Positions 38,800 through 41,117 of a stretch of 41,117 nucleotides of DNA are shown here, one piece after another. Positions within the stretch are counted from its first letter, which is position 1; each line of letters starts with the position of its first letter. The position numbers and the translations under genes are program-made. A model generated the notes under the pieces. The model ran no database searches. It was not told where the DNA came from and worked only from the letters and a program-made list of their open reading frames with translations. The stretch lies in assembly GCA_950072105.1 (NCBI GenBank), contig CATMOE010000032.1:1-41117 (forward strand), read 5' to 3'. The stretch comes from an uncultured Dehalococcoidia bacterium (GTDB lineage Bacteria; Chloroflexota; Dehalococcoidia; Lucifugimonadales; UBA3495).

Positions 38800-39774
38800 A
38801 TGGTAACTCCCAGCAAACCACGGATAGTCGCCATTGAGGAACACTATTGGGATAAAGAAGTAGCAGCGTCCTTCGGCGAGGTAGACGCGTTCCGGCGGCA
38901 GTCCGACACCGTGGACCGGTTGTATGAATATGGGGAAGCTCGTATCCAGGAGATGGACGAGGCGGGCATCCAGATGCAGGTGCTGTCCCATGGCGCCCCT
39001 TCAACCCAGAGGGGAGACGCGGAGACTTCAGTTAGGCTGGCTCAAGGAGCCAACGACCGGCTCAGGGAGATCGTTCGAGCCCATCCGGACCGGTTCGCCG
39101 CTTTCGCCGCACTGCCCACCCCCGACCCTAAAGCGGCCGCCGACGAACTGGAGCGCTGTGTTACCAAGCTGGAATTTAAAGGCGCCATGGTCCACGGGTT
39201 GACCAACGGCTTGTTCTTCGACGACAAACGATTCTGGCCCATCTTCGAGCGGGCGCAAGCGCTGGACGTGCCCCTGTACATGCACCCGGCCGTGCCCCAT
39301 CCGGCGGTGGTGGAGGCTTATTACAAGGACTATCTGGACGAATTTCCCGGTTTGCTTACCGCCGCCTGGGGATTCACCGTGGAAACAGCTACCCAAGGCA
39401 TCAGGTTGGTGCTGTCCGGGGTGTTCGACGCTTATCCGGAGGTAAAAATCATCCTCGGACACCTGGGGGAATCGCTGCCTTTTTCTCTTTGGAGGATCGA
39501 CCAGGCGCTTGCCAGGCAGGGCAACAAAAACACGTTGTTCTCCTTTCGAGACTACTTCTGCAAGCACTTCTGGATAACCACCAGCGGCAACTTCTCCAAT
39601 CCGGCTTTGCTGTGCTGCGTGATGGAGATGGGCGTCGACAGGATCCTATTTTCGGTAGATTATCCCTTCGTTTTGAACCAGCCTGCCGTCGATTGGATTC
39701 CCACCATCCCCCTGTCGGCTGAAGACAAGAAAAAGATTCTCAGCGGCAACGCCGACCGTCTCCTGCGCCTATGA
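38800..39774 (+). CDS. amidohydrolase_2 family protein, hydroxybenzoate decarboxylase-like
   Basis: IEEH, YMHP, AAWGF, GHLGE, TTSG, FSVDYPF; GAGGAG RBS. Confidence 0.88.
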   Translation: MVTPSKPRIVAIEEHYWDKEVAASFGEVDAFRRQSDTVDRLYEYGEARIQEMDEAGIQMQVLSHGAPSTQRGDAETSVRLAQGANDRLREIVRAHPDRFAAFAALPTPDPKAAADELERCVTKLEFKGAMVHGLTNGLFFDDKRFWPIFERAQALDVPLYMHPAVPHPAVVEAYYKDYLDEFPGLLTAAWGFTVETATQGIRLVLSGVFDAYPEVKIILGHLGESLPFSLWRIDQALARQGNKNTLFSFRDYFCKHFWITTSGNFSNPALLCCVMEMGVDRILFSVDYPFVLNQPAVDWIPTIPLSAEDKKKILSGNADRLLRL

Positions 39775-39818
39775 AGAGACCCCCCCTTAATGCCTTCGAT
39801 GGGGTCGTGCCTCAACAC

Positions 39819-39955
39819 TGTCATTTTGAGGACCGGAGGGACGAAGTTTCGACTCTGTCGCAAGTCCTCGACATAGTCGGGAAATCTGAGGAGGCGGCCA
39901 GTCGAGCATAGTTTATGCCCATCACCTCAGACCCTTTTCCACGCTCAGGGCGGCA
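39819..39955. repeat. degenerate TGTCATT-type palindromic element
   Basis: TGTCATT..GACCGGAGGGA shared with 27890; TCTGAGG/CCTCAGA inner arms. Confidence 0.55.
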
Positions 39956-40067
39956 TAGGCCTGGAGTTTTTTGAGAAAAAGCCCGCAATGCTAAATCGTG
40001 AGGGTGTGCTACTATATTTGGGCGCTCGTTGATCGTGCGCTGGAAAAGGGAGGCAAAGGCTGGAAAT

Positions 40068-40511
40068 ATGCGTTGCTGTTTGATCGTTGCCTTCCTGGTT
40101 ATCCTGGGAGTTGCTTGCTCCCAGCCTGCGACTACAATTCCAAAAGCTGAGGTTCAAATGGCTTCTGACGATACCACTACCACGGAATCTGGGTTGCAAT
40201 ATAAAGATCTGGTCGTTGGAGAAGGCGAGGCGGCATACGCAGGCGCGACCGCTATCGTTCACTACACCGGCTGGCTATTGGACGGTACCAAGTTCGACAG
40301 CTCGGTGGACCGAGGCACACCCTTTGAATTCCTTCTTGGCCGCGGGCAAGTGATTCAGGGTTGGGACGAAGGCGTCGGGACGATGAAAGTCGGAGGAAAG
40401 CGGGAATTGATCATACCGGCCGACCTGGGATACGGCGACCGGGGCGCCGGTAACGTCATCCCTCCGGGGGCAACTCTGAAATTTGAAGTGGAGTTACTTG
40501 GGCTCCGATGA
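40068..40511 (+). CDS. FKBP-type peptidyl-prolyl isomerase (probable lipoprotein)
   Basis: [41 protein letters not shown] lipobox. Confidence 0.94.
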   Translation: MRCCLIVAFLVILGVACSQPATTIPKAEVQMASDDTTTTESGLQYKDLVVGEGEAAYAGATAIVHYTGWLLDGTKFDSSVDRGTPFEFLLGRGQVIQGWDEGVGTMKVGGKRELIIPADLGYGDRGAGNVIPPGATLKFEVELLGLR

Positions 40512-40613
40512 GCAATGCAGATTCCTTCCGGCATATTTTCGTGATTTCTACTGTGCCGGGGGTCTCCAATCTCAGAGCGTAATGCTAATTTGCCTATCAG
40601 CCTGGCCTAGCTC

Positions 40614-41072
40614 TTAGGTCAGGTCCTTCCGCATATATACCCTCCGGTACCCACTTTCGGTCCGCCGGTCTGTTTCAACGTATCCCAAAGATTCATACAG
40701 ACCTATGTTCTCTGTCATGCTTTCATGGGTATACAGTTCCAGGCTGGAATATCCTTGTTTCGCGGCTTCGTTTTCCGCGAATGCTATAAGTTGACGCCCC
40801 AAACCTTGGCCTTGCCGATCTGGGTGTACGGCCACGTTATCTAGCAGCAGCATTTCTTCGTCGGAGACCAGCACAAGAACGCCGATTATTTGGCCACCTT
40901 CCCCCAGCACAAACGCCTGGTGACGGCCGATCACCTGGGAGTAGTCGTTGAGCATGGGACCGGGCGCTTGGCCCATGCGGGGTATGTAGTGTTGATAAGC
41001 CGCGTCGACGCATGCTTTGATTCCCTCGGCGTCTGGTAGTTCAGCCTTGCGGATCGTTGGGCGATTTGCCAT
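40614..41072 (-). CDS. GNAT N-acetyltransferase
   Basis: NVAVHPDRQGQGLG, LYTHESMTENIGLYESLGY. Confidence 0.92.
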   Translation of the reverse strand: MANRPTIRKAELPDAEGIKACVDAAYQHYIPRMGQAPGPMLNDYSQVIGRHQAFVLGEGGQIIGVLVLVSDEEMLLLDNVAVHPDRQGQGLGRQLIAFAENEAAKQGYSSLELYTHESMTENIGLYESLGYVETDRRTESGYRRVYMRKDLT

Positions 41073-41117
41073 TTCTTGCCTGCTGATGTCTAGGAATGCC
41101 CGGCTTCCTTGGAATCG

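Noticed and set aside
1..41117. CRISPR array or oriC
   Set aside because: I saw no regularly spaced repeats and no DnaA-box cluster, including near the dnaB operon.

Overview
A GC-rich bacterial chromosomal segment, most consistent with Chloroflexota/Dehalococcoidia (SAR202-like). That assignment is inferred from the rplI-dnaB-dnaD-tandem DnaC operon, the AAA-TPR-LuxR regulator and the paralogous catabolic enzymes; no database search was possible. The window opens in a CAT-anticodon tRNA. It contains catabolic genes (two class III CoA-transferases, a HpcH aldolase, a MaoC pair, three tandem Gfo/Idh/MocA oxidoreductases, an SDR, an amidohydrolase-family decarboxylase), an ECF42/DGPF sigma module, housekeeping genes (dcd, lepB, an HtrA-like protease, tenA, an FKBP) and a large pilin-Ig-fold gene. 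I see no transposase, phage genes or CRISPR array. Most notable: (1) a second, intact DnaB paralog lacking the N-terminal domain, with its own RBS, inside the replication operon; (2) duplicated ECF42-type promoters defining a mini-regulon; (3) several genes broken by single stops or frameshifts, including an in-frame TGA in the pilin-adhesin; (4) a candidate ~85-nt structured RNA upstream of rplI; (5) an unannotated 27-aa membrane peptide with its own RBS and terminator; (6) several families of REP-like palindromes.
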